A stretch of DNA of 54,134 nt from a virus (lineage: Duplodnaviria; Caudoviricetes): positions 1 to 54,134 of IMG/VR virus record IMGVR_UViG_3300025663_000097. One strand, given 5' to 3'. The position numbers and the translations under genes were made by a program. Below the pieces are notes generated by a model. That model saw nothing but the letters and a program-made list of their open reading frames with translations, had not been told where the DNA came from and ran no database searches. Below are positions 9,648 through 19,729 of this stretch, piece after piece (position 1 is the first letter of the stretch; each line of letters begins with the position of its first letter).

Positions 9648-10763
9648 ATGGCTAAACCATTCGACGCAAGTAAGTTTAGAAAAAGTATTACTAAAAGCAT
9701 TCCTGGAATGAGTTTAGGATTTAACGATCCAACAGATTGGGTATCAACAGGTAACTTTGCACTAAACTATTTAATATCCGGTGACTTTAACAAAGGTATA
9801 CCACTAGGCAAAGTAACAGTGTTTGCTGGTGAATCAGGAGCAGGTAAGAGTTACATCTGTTCAGGCAACATTGTTAAAAACGCACAAGAACAAGGCATAT
9901 ATGTTATCTTAGTTGATAGCGAAAACGCACTTGATGAAAGTTGGTTACACGCATTAGGTGTAGATACATCAGATGACAAACTACTTAAACTTAACATGGC
10001 AATGATTGATGACGTAGCTAAAACTATTTCAGAATTTGTAAAAGAATATAGAGAAATGCCTGAAGAAGCAAGACCTAAAGTATTGTTTGTTATTGACTCG
10101 TTAGGTATGTTATTAACACCAACCGATGTTAATCAGTTTGAAGCAGGTGATATGAAAGGTGATATGGGTCGTAAACCTAAGGCACTAACAGCACTTGTTA
10201 GAAACACAGTTAACATGATTGGTGCGTTAAACATAGGTATTGTAGCAACCAATCACACATACGCATCACAAGACATGTTTGATCCAGATGATAAGATATC
10301 AGGTGGTCAAGGGTTTATTTACGCATCAAGTATTGTTGTTGCTATGAAGAAACTTAAACTAAAAGAAGATGAAGCTGGTAACAAGATATCAGATGTTAAA
10401 GGTATTAGAGCTGGTTGTAAAGTAATGAAAACACGTTACGCTAAACCGTTTGAAGGTGTACAAGTTAAGATTCCTTATTCAACAGGAATGAGTCCATACT
10501 CAGGTTTAGTTGATATGGCTGAAAAAGCTGGATTACTTAAAAAAGACGGTAACAGATTGCGTTATGGCGAGCCAGACAGTGCTAATGAAATCAAACAGTT
10601 CCGTAAAGCATGGGAACTTAACACTGACGGTTGCTTAGATAAGATTATGGCAAGCTACGGAAAGATAGCAGAAGAGATAAGTATTGAAGACGTAGAAGCT
10701 ATGGAAGATACTGCTGTTGAACAGCAAGCACCTGTAGTAGAAGAAACTGTAGAAGGAAAATAA
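9648..10763 (+). CDS. uvsX: RecA-like recombinase UvsX
   Basis: GESGAGKS P-loop, VDSENALD, VIDSLG, TNHTY, SGGQG. Confidence 0.95.
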   Translation: MAKPFDASKFRKSITKSIPGMSLGFNDPTDWVSTGNFALNYLISGDFNKGIPLGKVTVFAGESGAGKSYICSGNIVKNAQEQGIYVILVDSENALDESWLHALGVDTSDDKLLKLNMAMIDDVAKTISEFVKEYREMPEEARPKVLFVIDSLGMLLTPTDVNQFEAGDMKGDMGRKPKALTALVRNTVNMIGALNIGIVATNHTYASQDMFDPDDKISGGQGFIYASSIVVAMKKLKLKEDEAGNKISDVKGIRAGCKVMKTRYAKPFEGVQVKIPYSTGMSPYSGLVDMAEKAGLLKKDGNRLRYGEPDSANEIKQFRKAWELNTDGCLDKIMASYGKIAEEISIEDVEAMEDTAVEQQAPVVEETVEGK

Positions 10764-10766
10764 TAA

Positions 10767-11045
10767 ATGGCAGACACATTAATATCAGCATCTGAGGTAT
10801 GGCTAGCAGTTAAAGATCATCTTAACGATGAAAAACAAGCCGCAATTGATGTTGTTAATGCACTAATTGATAACCAAGGGCATAACGCAGACGAAATATT
10901 AGACAGCGATATTGGCCAAGATAAGAGTATTAAATCAGCGTTATCAGCATATGTTGTTGAAGAAGAAGAAGATGACGGGTTAGATACCTGGGGCGATGAA
11001 GTTGATGACGGTGGTTACGAAGACGATGAGGACGACAACTATTAA
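10767..11045 (+). CDS. Small acidic hypothetical protein
   Basis: 92 aa between uvsX and uvsY; D/E-rich C-terminus. Confidence 0.75.
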   Translation: MADTLISASEVWLAVKDHLNDEKQAAIDVVNALIDNQGHNADEILDSDIGQDKSIKSALSAYVVEEEEDDGLDTWGDEVDDGGYEDDEDDNY

Positions 11046-11497
11046 TGTGGTATAACAAAGTAGTTGATAACATTGGAAACTTACCTGACTTTATAATGTA
11101 CTATCGTAACCAGTTAGAAAGTGCAAAAAAAGATGTCAGTATCTACGGATACGTAGAAAAGAATCTGTCAGATTTACCAGGCATTACTGAACATCGATTC
11201 CACCAACTACAAGAAATAGAAGCAGTGCTTAATTATCTTAATATACAACTACGTAAAATCAGACGTAAGCACTTTCAAAAGTATCTAGAAGCATATCAAA
11301 GAGCATTGACGTCACGTGATGCAGAAAAGTATGTAGATGGTGAAGACGAAGTTATTGAATATGAAACATTAATTAATGACATTGCTCTACTTAGAAACCA
11401 ATGGTTAGGTATAATGAAAGGACTCGAAAGTAAAAACTTTATGTTAGGGCATGTAGTTAGATTAAGGGCAAGTGGCATGGAGGATATACAACTATAA
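11045..11497 (+). CDS. uvsY: Recombination mediator UvsY
   Basis: Helical, DAEKYVDGEDEV, GIMKGLESKNFML; position after uvsX. Confidence 0.85.
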   Translation: MWYNKVVDNIGNLPDFIMYYRNQLESAKKDVSIYGYVEKNLSDLPGITEHRFHQLQEIEAVLNYLNIQLRKIRRKHFQKYLEAYQRALTSRDAEKYVDGEDEVIEYETLINDIALLRNQWLGIMKGLESKNFMLGHVVRLRASGMEDIQL

Positions 11498-12255
11498 TGT
11501 TTGTTGAAGATCAAACAAGTCACAAACATTCTCGAGAAGTGTTAGATACTATTGAGACGTTCTATGAGTTTATGATATCTGTTAATACCGTTTGTGATAT
11601 GGGAGGTGGATCAGGTCTAGACGCAGAATGGTGGGTAACTAGAGAAACTGATCCTGAGATTGAATCAACTGGAAAACCTAAACCTTATAATATTAAAGCA
11701 ACAGTAATTGACCAAATTGATAAACTTTCTGTATCACATAAAAATCTAACATACTTAAAAGCAGATATGGAAAACACAGGGTTACCGTCAGATTCGTTTG
11801 ACGTTATAACTTCACATGATTCATTTCAGTATTGTCTTAATCCAATAAACACTTTAAAACATTGGTGGGAATTAACAAATACCAATGGAATGTTACTTCT
11901 ACAGATACCACAAACTACAAATATCAAATATAATCGACACGATATATCAAGTCCAAATAATGAATACCATCACTATACCTTAGTTAATCTTATTCATATG
12001 CTAGCAGTCAACGGTTGGGATTGTAAGAGCGGATTGTTTTTTAAAGGACTACGAGATCCCTGGATAAAAGCTATGGTCTATAAAGGTGAAGTAGAGCCTC
12101 AAGATCCTCATACTACTAGCTGGAGAGATCTAGCTGAACTTAACTTACTACCAGACTCAGCAGTACACAGTATTGATCGTTGGGGACATGTTAAACAACA
12201 AGATCTCGTACTACCATGGTTTGCTGGGCATCTTGAAACATATTCTACACACTGA
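11497..12255 (+). CDS. Class I SAM-dependent methyltransferase
   Basis: VCDMGGGSG, SFDVITSHDSFQY. Confidence 0.8.
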   Translation: MFVEDQTSHKHSREVLDTIETFYEFMISVNTVCDMGGGSGLDAEWWVTRETDPEIESTGKPKPYNIKATVIDQIDKLSVSHKNLTYLKADMENTGLPSDSFDVITSHDSFQYCLNPINTLKHWWELTNTNGMLLLQIPQTTNIKYNRHDISSPNNEYHHYTLVNLIHMLAVNGWDCKSGLFFKGLRDPWIKAMVYKGEVEPQDPHTTSWRDLAELNLLPDSAVHSIDRWGHVKQQDLVLPWFAGHLETYSTH

Positions 12256-12269
12256 ATAAACTACGCAGA

Positions 12270-12275
12270 TAAATA
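12270..12275 (+). promoter_or_regulatory. T4-like late promoter box TAAATA
   Basis: 5 nt before ATG 12281. Confidence 0.65.
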
Positions 12276-12280
12276 CCTGC

Positions 12281-13000
12281 ATGAGCAAACAAGATACAAT
12301 ACCAGTATACATTGGGTATGACCCTAGAGAAGCCATAGCATTCCATACCTGTGTTAATTCAATAATTAGACATGCTACACAACCAGTAAGCATACATCCG
12401 TTAGCACTTAACTTATTGTCAGGATATGAGGAAACACACACTGACGGGTCTAATCATTTTATATATTCACGCTTTCTAGTGCCACATATGGCAGGGTACA
12501 CAGGACGAGCAATTTATATTGACGGTGATATGATAGTTAAAGATGATATAGCAAAGTTATGGAACGAAACAAAAAACTTTTCGAGCTGGGACGTTGCTGT
12601 TGTTAAGCACGACTACAAAACAAAGATGCCTGTCAAATATTTAGGCAGTAAAAATGAAGACTATCCAAGAAAGAATTGGTCTAGTGTGATGATTTTTAAT
12701 TGTGCTATGATGCCATGTAAACGGTTAACACCTGACTATATACAAGAATCAATTGGATCTCATCTACATAGATTTGAATGGACACAAGATGATCGTATAG
12801 CAGAACTGCCTCAAGAATGGAATTGGCTGGCCGCAGAATATGATGATAACCCTGATGCTAAATTAGTACATTATACTTTGGGTACTCCTTGTTTCCATGA
12901 GTTCTCTAACACTGGCATGGCCAATGATTGGCACCAAGAAAGGCTGTTTACTGAATACTGTCAACAAAGGATTGATCTACTAGATGATAACAGCAAATGA
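12281..13000 (+). CDS. GT-A (GT8-like) glycosyltransferase
   Basis: YIGYDPRE, FIYSRFLVP, IDGDM (DxD), YPRKNWSSVMIFNC, WNWL, VHYTLGTP. Confidence 0.85.
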   Translation: MSKQDTIPVYIGYDPREAIAFHTCVNSIIRHATQPVSIHPLALNLLSGYEETHTDGSNHFIYSRFLVPHMAGYTGRAIYIDGDMIVKDDIAKLWNETKNFSSWDVAVVKHDYKTKMPVKYLGSKNEDYPRKNWSSVMIFNCAMMPCKRLTPDYIQESIGSHLHRFEWTQDDRIAELPQEWNWLAAEYDDNPDAKLVHYTLGTPCFHEFSNTGMANDWHQERLFTEYCQQRIDLLDDNSK

Positions 13001-13847
13001 TATACTTTGTCTAGATAGAAAAGAAAAAAAGCAACTTCCTAAAAATCACCTCAAGTTATTAAACACTTCTATCTTTAATTTTACAAAAGGATGTAATGGA
13101 GTTGCTGTCAGCTTAGAAGAAGCACGGACTTATCCTGACAACACCTGGGTAATATACGGCGCCGGAATGATAAAAGCTGTAAAGGATTGTTGGGCAAACA
13201 ATACATCATTCTTTTATATTGATAATCAATACTTAGGTAATATGAGAAGCAAGAAGCAATGGCATCGTATTGTAAAAGATCATGTGCATGATATTCGACC
13301 TATTATAGAAAGACCTAGAGATAGACTAGAACAGGTGATAAAATATATTCAATGGGCTCAATTAAAACGCCCAGAGCTAAATCCTACCCTATTAGATCCT
13401 AAACCTTTTACTTCAGGACGTAATATTCTAATAGCACCACCTAGCCCTAAAAGTTTTACTTTATGGAACATTGATCAACAACAATGGATTGATCAAACAG
13501 TAGCAGAAATAAAAAAATATACAGATCGACCAATTAAAGTTAGACTAAAGAGACCTAGAGATGACCGTTTTATACAGAATACTTTAGAAGATGATCTTAA
13601 AGACAGCCATTGCCTAGTAACATACAACTCAGTAGCCGCCTGTGAAGCAATAATTAACGGTACACCAGCATTTACTTTAGGGCCTAATGCGGCTCAACAA
13701 TTAGCAAAACATGATCTCAGTGAAATAGAAAATCCTTACATACCATCAGACGATGAACGAGAAGCTTGGTTGCGTCATTTAAGTTATAGTCAATTTACTC
13801 GTACAGAAATGAATAACGGTACAGCCTGGGGAATACTCAATGGCTAA
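12984..13847 (+). CDS. Putative GT-B glycosyltransferase, KpsS/capsule-biosynthesis-like paralog 1
   Basis: FYIDNQY, IKVRLKRP, LVTYNSVAACEAIINGTP, WLRHLSYSQF. Confidence 0.55.
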   Translation: MITANDILCLDRKEKKQLPKNHLKLLNTSIFNFTKGCNGVAVSLEEARTYPDNTWVIYGAGMIKAVKDCWANNTSFFYIDNQYLGNMRSKKQWHRIVKDHVHDIRPIIERPRDRLEQVIKYIQWAQLKRPELNPTLLDPKPFTSGRNILIAPPSPKSFTLWNIDQQQWIDQTVAEIKKYTDRPIKVRLKRPRDDRFIQNTLEDDLKDSHCLVTYNSVAACEAIINGTPAFTLGPNAAQQLAKHDLSEIENPYIPSDDEREAWLRHLSYSQFTRTEMNNGTAWGILNG

Positions 13848-14991
13848 TTATACTATTATCAATGACGAAGAATTATGTGATTTTCTCGTTGATCTAATCA
13901 TAATAAAGTATTATCTCAAAAGTTTGAATTGGCATTTTGTTAGTAAAATATATTCCAATCACTATAACAAATCAGACCTTGTTACAGGTGAGAAAGATAA
14001 GGATAGAATTTATGAAGCCGCCTGGGCAGATCTAAATAGACTACGAGATACTATTAATATTGAAAAGAAAACTATTAAGAAACTAAGACATAAACGTCGA
14101 TTAAGTAATATTTTACTTGAACAGTTTGAAGACATATGTGTATCTATTGGAGGCAACTGTGCTAGAGGAAAACGTTTGTTGTTAGCACGTTATTTAGATT
14201 TACAGTCAGACAACTATATGAAAAGATTGTCTAACGGTGTATACGAAAAAACTTCTTATAGAACAGTGGACAGTTATTCGCAAACTCAGTCAGATTGCTT
14301 AATTAGAAATATACTTAATAATGAACAACTATTACGCGATAAAATAAAAAATAAATTTCCTTTTTGGTTTGTTGACAGCGGATATACTAATTTTATTCAC
14401 TCTAAAAGCAGAAAAGGGTTTCATCGACTTTGCCGTAACGATATTCATGCCGACAAACCAAAGCATGTTTTTCCTATGGATCGACTATTAAACATAATAG
14501 TAAATTCAAGATTGAGAACTGAGGGATTTTTATTTCCAAAACATTGGAGAACTACTGGTAACACAGTATTAATAATACCGCCAAGCTTGCATGTATGTAA
14601 AATTTATGGGTTAGATCAACAGGCCTGGGTCAAAGAACAGAAGGAAAAGTTAAAAAAAGTAACAGATAAAAAAATAAAAATTAGAAAAAAACAAGGCACA
14701 AGAAAAACTCGCACAACGTTGTATCAAGACTTATTAAAAGACGAGTCTATATATTGCGTGGTTGGGTATAATTCAAATGCACTTACTGAAGCTGTATGGG
14801 CTGGAGTCCCTGTAATTACATTAGGAAAACACATAACACTGCCAGTCAGTAGAAACAGTATAGAACAGATTAATAATCTATATAGAGATGATGTAAGTCA
14901 ATGGCTATGTTATTTAAGTTATAGCCAATTTACTTCTGAAGAAATGTTTAACGGTATTGCTAAAAAGATTATGGAGACGTGGCATGTATGA
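13840..14991 (+). CDS. Putative GT-B glycosyltransferase paralog 2
   Basis: FVDSGY, VVGYNSNALTEAVWAGVP, WLCYLSYSQF. Confidence 0.55.
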   Translation: MANYTIINDEELCDFLVDLIIIKYYLKSLNWHFVSKIYSNHYNKSDLVTGEKDKDRIYEAAWADLNRLRDTINIEKKTIKKLRHKRRLSNILLEQFEDICVSIGGNCARGKRLLLARYLDLQSDNYMKRLSNGVYEKTSYRTVDSYSQTQSDCLIRNILNNEQLLRDKIKNKFPFWFVDSGYTNFIHSKSRKGFHRLCRNDIHADKPKHVFPMDRLLNIIVNSRLRTEGFLFPKHWRTTGNTVLIIPPSLHVCKIYGLDQQAWVKEQKEKLKKVTDKKIKIRKKQGTRKTRTTLYQDLLKDESIYCVVGYNSNALTEAVWAGVPVITLGKHITLPVSRNSIEQINNLYRDDVSQWLCYLSYSQFTSEEMFNGIAKKIMETWHV

Positions 14992-15898
14992 CGTAGTTGT
15001 TTATCTTTCTAGTTTGCCTCGTATATCAGACCATGATCGCAAAGCACAAATATTAAAAGCATTTGCTGAAGGTGCACAACGTGCAGGTGCTCGAGTCTTT
15101 GTACAAACCAAATATGAGGTTATTCCAGCACGACTAGGAGTATTCATTGGTTGGGTTGGTCAAACATTTTCTGGACCTCACATCCATTTACGTAAAGCTG
15201 TAATTGACTGGGCACGTGACAATAAACAGCATTGCATGCCTATAGATGGCAGTTGTTTTAAATTTGCAGATCCAAAGAGTATGTATGTCCGATATAGTCT
15301 AGATGGTGTATTTTATAATGAACATGAATATGCTAATAAAGGTAGCATCAATACCAAATGGAATCAATTAAGATACGATCTGCGTATGCCAGGAATGAAG
15401 CCTTGGAGAGAAAATGGAACAGGCAGTCATATTTTAATTTGTCTACAGCGAGACGGAGGCTGGAATATGAAGGGTACTGATTTGGATCAATGGCTAGCTA
15501 ACACAGTTACTCAAATAAGAAAAGTTACTGATAAGCCTATATTAATAAGACCTCATCCTAAGCGTAAGTATAATCTTAAAGGTTATTTAAAACAAAATAA
15601 TATATATGAAAGTGTACCTGACAGTACATTAGAACAAGATATTGAAGGTGCTCACGCCGCGGTGTTTTATAATTCATCTAGTTCAGTTGCGGCAATATTA
15701 AAGGGAGTTCCGGTATTTGTACAAGATCAAGATGCTGTAACTTGGGACGTGGCCAATCACGATATTAAAAATATTTTAAATCCTGTTTATCCTGAACGTA
15801 GTCAATGGTTATATGATTTAGCTAGCTGTCATTGGTGTGACAAAGAACTAAGAAAAGGTTTTGTGTGGAAACACTTTGAGCCTTACTTAAAATCCTAA
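14984..15898 (+). CDS. Putative GT-B glycosyltransferase paralog 3
   Basis: ILIRPHP, FYNSSSSVAAILKGVP; GGAG before ATG 14984. Confidence 0.55.
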   Translation: MYDVVVYLSSLPRISDHDRKAQILKAFAEGAQRAGARVFVQTKYEVIPARLGVFIGWVGQTFSGPHIHLRKAVIDWARDNKQHCMPIDGSCFKFADPKSMYVRYSLDGVFYNEHEYANKGSINTKWNQLRYDLRMPGMKPWRENGTGSHILICLQRDGGWNMKGTDLDQWLANTVTQIRKVTDKPILIRPHPKRKYNLKGYLKQNNIYESVPDSTLEQDIEGAHAAVFYNSSSSVAAILKGVPVFVQDQDAVTWDVANHDIKNILNPVYPERSQWLYDLASCHWCDKELRKGFVWKHFEPYLKS

Positions 15899-16537
15899 AA
15901 TAACGTCGTTGCGTACACGACTAAGCTCTCGAGCTCCCCAACTTTTTAATAGTTCAACACTTTCGTACTGAGTATCTTCAGTGATGCCTGTGTCTTTGTG
16001 TAGTTTCTGCTCAACAACCATAACAGGTTTATATTCTTTAATTGTTTGTTCGGCGCCTAATAGAATATTATATTCATATCCTTCGCAATCTATTTTAATG
16101 TAATCAATTTTTTGAAATTCTAAACTATCTAATCGATACATATGGATTTGACCATTACCCATAGTGTCAGTATTGACATGACTGTGTCCTGTGTTGTCTG
16201 GTGTGATTACCATATCTATTGTTGTGTTTTCGTTGCCCAAAGCATAGTCTCTTATAGCAACTTGAGACATATCAACATTCTCTCGAAGACATTCTCTAAA
16301 GTCAGCCACTGGTTCAAATGCTATAACACGCTGAAACTGTTTAGCCATATCTCTAGTCCATAGCCCTATATTGGCGCCTATATCCAACGCTAGACCTTTG
16401 TGTTGCACAAACTGAAAGCTCTTGCGTCTAACGGGTTCTTGATAAACAGGTTCTCCGCCTTTACGTATATTTTTATCCAACATATAAGCAAAATGTGTGT
16501 CATAGTCTGGAAATGTCCATCCATGTTTTTTATACAT
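15887..16537 (-). CDS. FkbM-family methyltransferase
   Basis: LDIGANIG, AFEP, IKIDCEGYEYNILLGA. Confidence 0.92.
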   Translation of the reverse strand: MYKKHGWTFPDYDTHFAYMLDKNIRKGGEPVYQEPVRRKSFQFVQHKGLALDIGANIGLWTRDMAKQFQRVIAFEPVADFRECLRENVDMSQVAIRDYALGNENTTIDMVITPDNTGHSHVNTDTMGNGQIHMYRLDSLEFQKIDYIKIDCEGYEYNILLGAEQTIKEYKPVMVVEQKLHKDTGITEDTQYESVELLKSWGARELSRVRNDVILGF

Positions 16538-17352
16538 TATTTTGTTTCCTTTATATTAGACCAATAAGGATGATCGATGAACGTGCCTTGATCTCTTTTA
16601 TTACTGTGTCCTAAATCTTTACGTTTACCTTTGACATGATCAAGATATAGACCAAGAGCACTGTTAATAAAAGGATGCCCAGCAAAGCCTTTCGTGTCTG
16701 GATTAGGATTTAAGTTGAAAAACTTATTCTCAGATTTAGTTCTATATTGTTTCCATACTGTAGACCAAACATAGCTGTCGTGATATTCAGGTAAATCAAA
16801 CAGTTTATCTTCTGTATACAATGACACAAACTCTCTTATAAACATTCTTGAGTTAGGGTGTCTAAGATTGTATCCAACCCACCCGCATTCAGGATGATAT
16901 TTGTCACCACGCCCGAGATATGTAATCATTGCGTCTCCAGGTGATATGCTTGGAACAAAGTGAACGGGGATATCAGTATGAGTAAGTGTATCAGCATCAC
17001 ACCATATCAGCCAATCAGTATCTATAGTTTTCTCTGCTAATCCTGTAGCAAATACTTTGTAACAAAAACGCACAGCGTCCCACTTAAACTGTTTACGTGG
17101 ATCCTGTGAAGCATCACGTCCGTGTGCTTTAGGATTGTTTCTATGTCTTTCAACAAAGTCTCTACATTCTTTGCTTTCTTTAAGTAGATCAACTACCTGA
17201 ACATTTGACTTAGTTGTTTTAGGTGTACAGTTTTCAGCATAAACAACAAGATCAATCTCTGCTGGCCAATGTTTTTCAAAGGTGTCTATCATTCTCTGAC
17301 CGTACTGTTCCATTCCTTCTTTATGGAATGTAGTGATTAAAGTATATTTCAC
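16537..17352 (-). CDS. Putative GT-A glycosyltransferase
   Basis: WDAVRFCYKVFA, IWCDADT (DxD), ECGWVGYN, HDSYVW, DHVKG; GTG start. Confidence 0.65.
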   Translation of the reverse strand: MKYTLITTFHKEGMEQYGQRMIDTFEKHWPAEIDLVVYAENCTPKTTKSNVQVVDLLKESKECRDFVERHRNNPKAHGRDASQDPRKQFKWDAVRFCYKVFATGLAEKTIDTDWLIWCDADTLTHTDIPVHFVPSISPGDAMITYLGRGDKYHPECGWVGYNLRHPNSRMFIREFVSLYTEDKLFDLPEYHDSYVWSTVWKQYRTKSENKFFNLNPNPDTKGFAGHPFINSALGLYLDHVKGKRKDLGHSNKRDQGTFIDHPYWSNIKETK

Positions 17353-17412
17353 TTTTTGTCCTTGTGTTTATATAAATGGATACATACTATTATATTAGCA
17401 TATATTTATTCA

Positions 17413-18231
17413 ATGAAAAAACTGACCTATTTTTCTAAGCACACATCATTAAATTCAAAGCCAGTTATGTCTGCCTTTTTATCTAGTGCTAAGAAGCATT
17501 ATCAAGTGGTAGAAAATGATATGAACGCAGATATTGCGGTCATATGGAGTTGTCTATGGGCAGGACGTATGGCTCCTAATAAAGAAATATATGAACATTT
17601 TCGTAGACAAAATAAACCTGTAATAATAATTGAAGTTGGTGCCTTAAGAAGAAACACAACCTGGAAGATTTCATTAAACAATATTACAACTGAGGGCTAT
17701 TATGGCCATACTGAAAATTTAGATTGGGATAGACCTAATAAGTTAGGTATTAGCCTCAATGAGAACACAAACAATAACGGTAAAATATTAATTGCGGCAC
17801 AACATCATAAAAGTTTACAGTTACAGCATTTAGAATCACAAGAACTATGGATTGAACAGCAAGTAACAATGATACAATCTCAAACAGATAGAGAAATCGT
17901 TGTACGCAGTCACCCTAGATCTCCATTACAAATGCCTAGTGAAATGCCTCGTAAAATTACAGGAACATATGATGACTTTGATTTTAACACTAATTACTAT
18001 TGCGTTGTAAATTACTCGAGTGGTCCAGCAATACAGGCCGCAATATCAGGAACACCAATTATAACTAGTGAACTAAGTTTGGCGTACTCTATAAGTAACA
18101 GTATTAATAACATAGAACTAGTTAATAATCTTGCTACAGAGCAATGGTTAGCAGAGATAACGCACACCGAATACCTCATTGAGGAAATTGAACAAGGACT
18201 GTGGATAGAAAGATTGGAATCACAATTATGA
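17413..18231 (+). CDS. Putative GT-B glycosyltransferase paralog 4
   Basis: VVRSHP, VVNYSSGPAIQAAISGTP, WLAEITHTEY; ATG 17413 preferred. Confidence 0.55.
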   Translation: MKKLTYFSKHTSLNSKPVMSAFLSSAKKHYQVVENDMNADIAVIWSCLWAGRMAPNKEIYEHFRRQNKPVIIIEVGALRRNTTWKISLNNITTEGYYGHTENLDWDRPNKLGISLNENTNNNGKILIAAQHHKSLQLQHLESQELWIEQQVTMIQSQTDREIVVRSHPRSPLQMPSEMPRKITGTYDDFDFNTNYYCVVNYSSGPAIQAAISGTPIITSELSLAYSISNSINNIELVNNLATEQWLAEITHTEYLIEEIEQGLWIERLESQL

Positions 18232-18971
18232 AACAGGTAGATGACTATATGGAAGATGGTATAGACTGCGGATGTGTGCTTCATGGAGAATACTATACTT
18301 TAGACTATGCTAAGAAATTAGAAGCTGGGTTACGTAGGAACTTTAGTTGTCCTATACGTTTTCATATATGGACTGAAAAGGCTAGAGAGGTACCTAAACA
18401 TTGGCATAAACACAGTCTTAAAGATCTAGGAGTTAAAGGGCCCAAGAAGTCATGGTGGTACAAAACACAGATATTTAGAAACAAGGACTTTCAGGGCAGA
18501 TTGTTTTATTTTGATCTAGATATTATAATTTCAGGTAACTTAGATTGGATGTTAAGATTGAGTAGTGAAAAGTTTTGGGCAGTTAGAGATTTTCGCTATC
18601 TTTGGAAGAAAAACAAATGGACAATAAATAGCAGTGTAATGGTATTTGACACTAACAAGTACGCTGACCTTTGGAAAAAGTTTAAGCGTAACCATCATGC
18701 TATTATGACACAATATAATGGTGATCAAGATTACATAGATATAGAAGTGCCTAATGATAACAAACGATGGTTTGATCAAAACTTTGTAAAAAGTTATAGA
18801 TGGGAAGTTATGGATGGTGGGATAGATTTTACCTATCGTACATATCCTAACAAAGGAAAAGACAGAAGTCATATTTTTAAAGATTTGAGTATAATAGTAT
18901 TCCATGGAGTGCCTAATCCACATGAGATTGATGATAAAGAAGTACTAAGGCATTGGAAACTAGATAAATAA
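18228..18971 (+). CDS. GT-A glycosyltransferase (GT8-like)
   Basis: WWYK, YFDLDIII (DxD), NSSVM, GDQDYI, FHGVPNPHE; ATGA overlap. Confidence 0.8.
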   Translation: MKQVDDYMEDGIDCGCVLHGEYYTLDYAKKLEAGLRRNFSCPIRFHIWTEKAREVPKHWHKHSLKDLGVKGPKKSWWYKTQIFRNKDFQGRLFYFDLDIIISGNLDWMLRLSSEKFWAVRDFRYLWKKNKWTINSSVMVFDTNKYADLWKKFKRNHHAIMTQYNGDQDYIDIEVPNDNKRWFDQNFVKSYRWEVMDGGIDFTYRTYPNKGKDRSHIFKDLSIIVFHGVPNPHEIDDKEVLRHWKLDK

Positions 18972-18996
18972 ACGTAACAAACGGAGAACATAGCAC

Positions 18997-19635
18997 ATGG
19001 CTAATAGAACATTTAAGGTTTACGGACAAGCATACGCTGAATCAGGCGATGTAACAGCAGTATTGACTGTAGGCGGAGTAGAAGTATTTAACGGAACAGT
19101 TAATGACTCTACAACAAACAGAAACGGAAACCCACCAGACACAAGTAACTTGCTTTTCACATATGAATTAGATGAAGCAACAACAGGCAACTTATCATAC
19201 TCACTAACAGCTACAGGTGGAGAACTTTGTCTAGGTAGAACACACTATAACGGTGTTCCAGGAATGACAATACCTCGATCTTGGTTTGACGCTAATGTAG
19301 CAGACAAAAACAATGTATCAGCAGAGGCTCAAACATATATAGCAAACACCATAGGCGAATCAGCTCTAGGTAGTGACATATATAACGCATTCATAGCAGG
19401 CACACTTACAAATCCAACAGATGAGCAAGATGCGGCAGTAATGTTGTCAGCAAACACTATTACTGATTTTACAGTATACGGAGAGGATAATGACGCAAGA
19501 ACTAATGCTCAAATCGACGGTGTGGACTTAGAAGGTTGGGATGACGCTGAAGTAGCCATGCTAAATTGGCCAATTATTGATGATGGTGAAACATTTACTT
19601 GTACATGGAATTTAGATCCAACAACATCAGCATAA
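18997..19635 (+). CDS. Late acidic Thr/Asn-rich protein, probable virion component
   Basis: TAAATA 18965-18970, GGAGA RBS, beta-rich composition, own terminator. Confidence 0.6.
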   Translation: MANRTFKVYGQAYAESGDVTAVLTVGGVEVFNGTVNDSTTNRNGNPPDTSNLLFTYELDEATTGNLSYSLTATGGELCLGRTHYNGVPGMTIPRSWFDANVADKNNVSAEAQTYIANTIGESALGSDIYNAFIAGTLTNPTDEQDAAVMLSANTITDFTVYGEDNDARTNAQIDGVDLEGWDDAEVAMLNWPIIDDGETFTCTWNLDPTTSA

Positions 19636-19665
19636 TAGTGTTATAAAAACAATTAGCCAAAAATT

Positions 19666-19693
19666 AAAAACCCTGCATTTAGTGGGGTTTTTT
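19666..19693 (+). terminator. Rho-independent terminator
   Basis: aaaaaccctgc...gtggggttttt. Confidence 0.8.
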
Positions 19694-19694
19694 A

Positions 19695-19723
19695 TTGACT
19701 AATAAATCAAAAGATTGTATAAT
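19695..19723 (+). promoter_or_regulatory. Early sigma70-type promoter
   Basis: TTGACT-17-TATAAT, ATG 6 nt downstream. Confidence 0.8.
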
Positions 19724-19729
19724 AATAGC

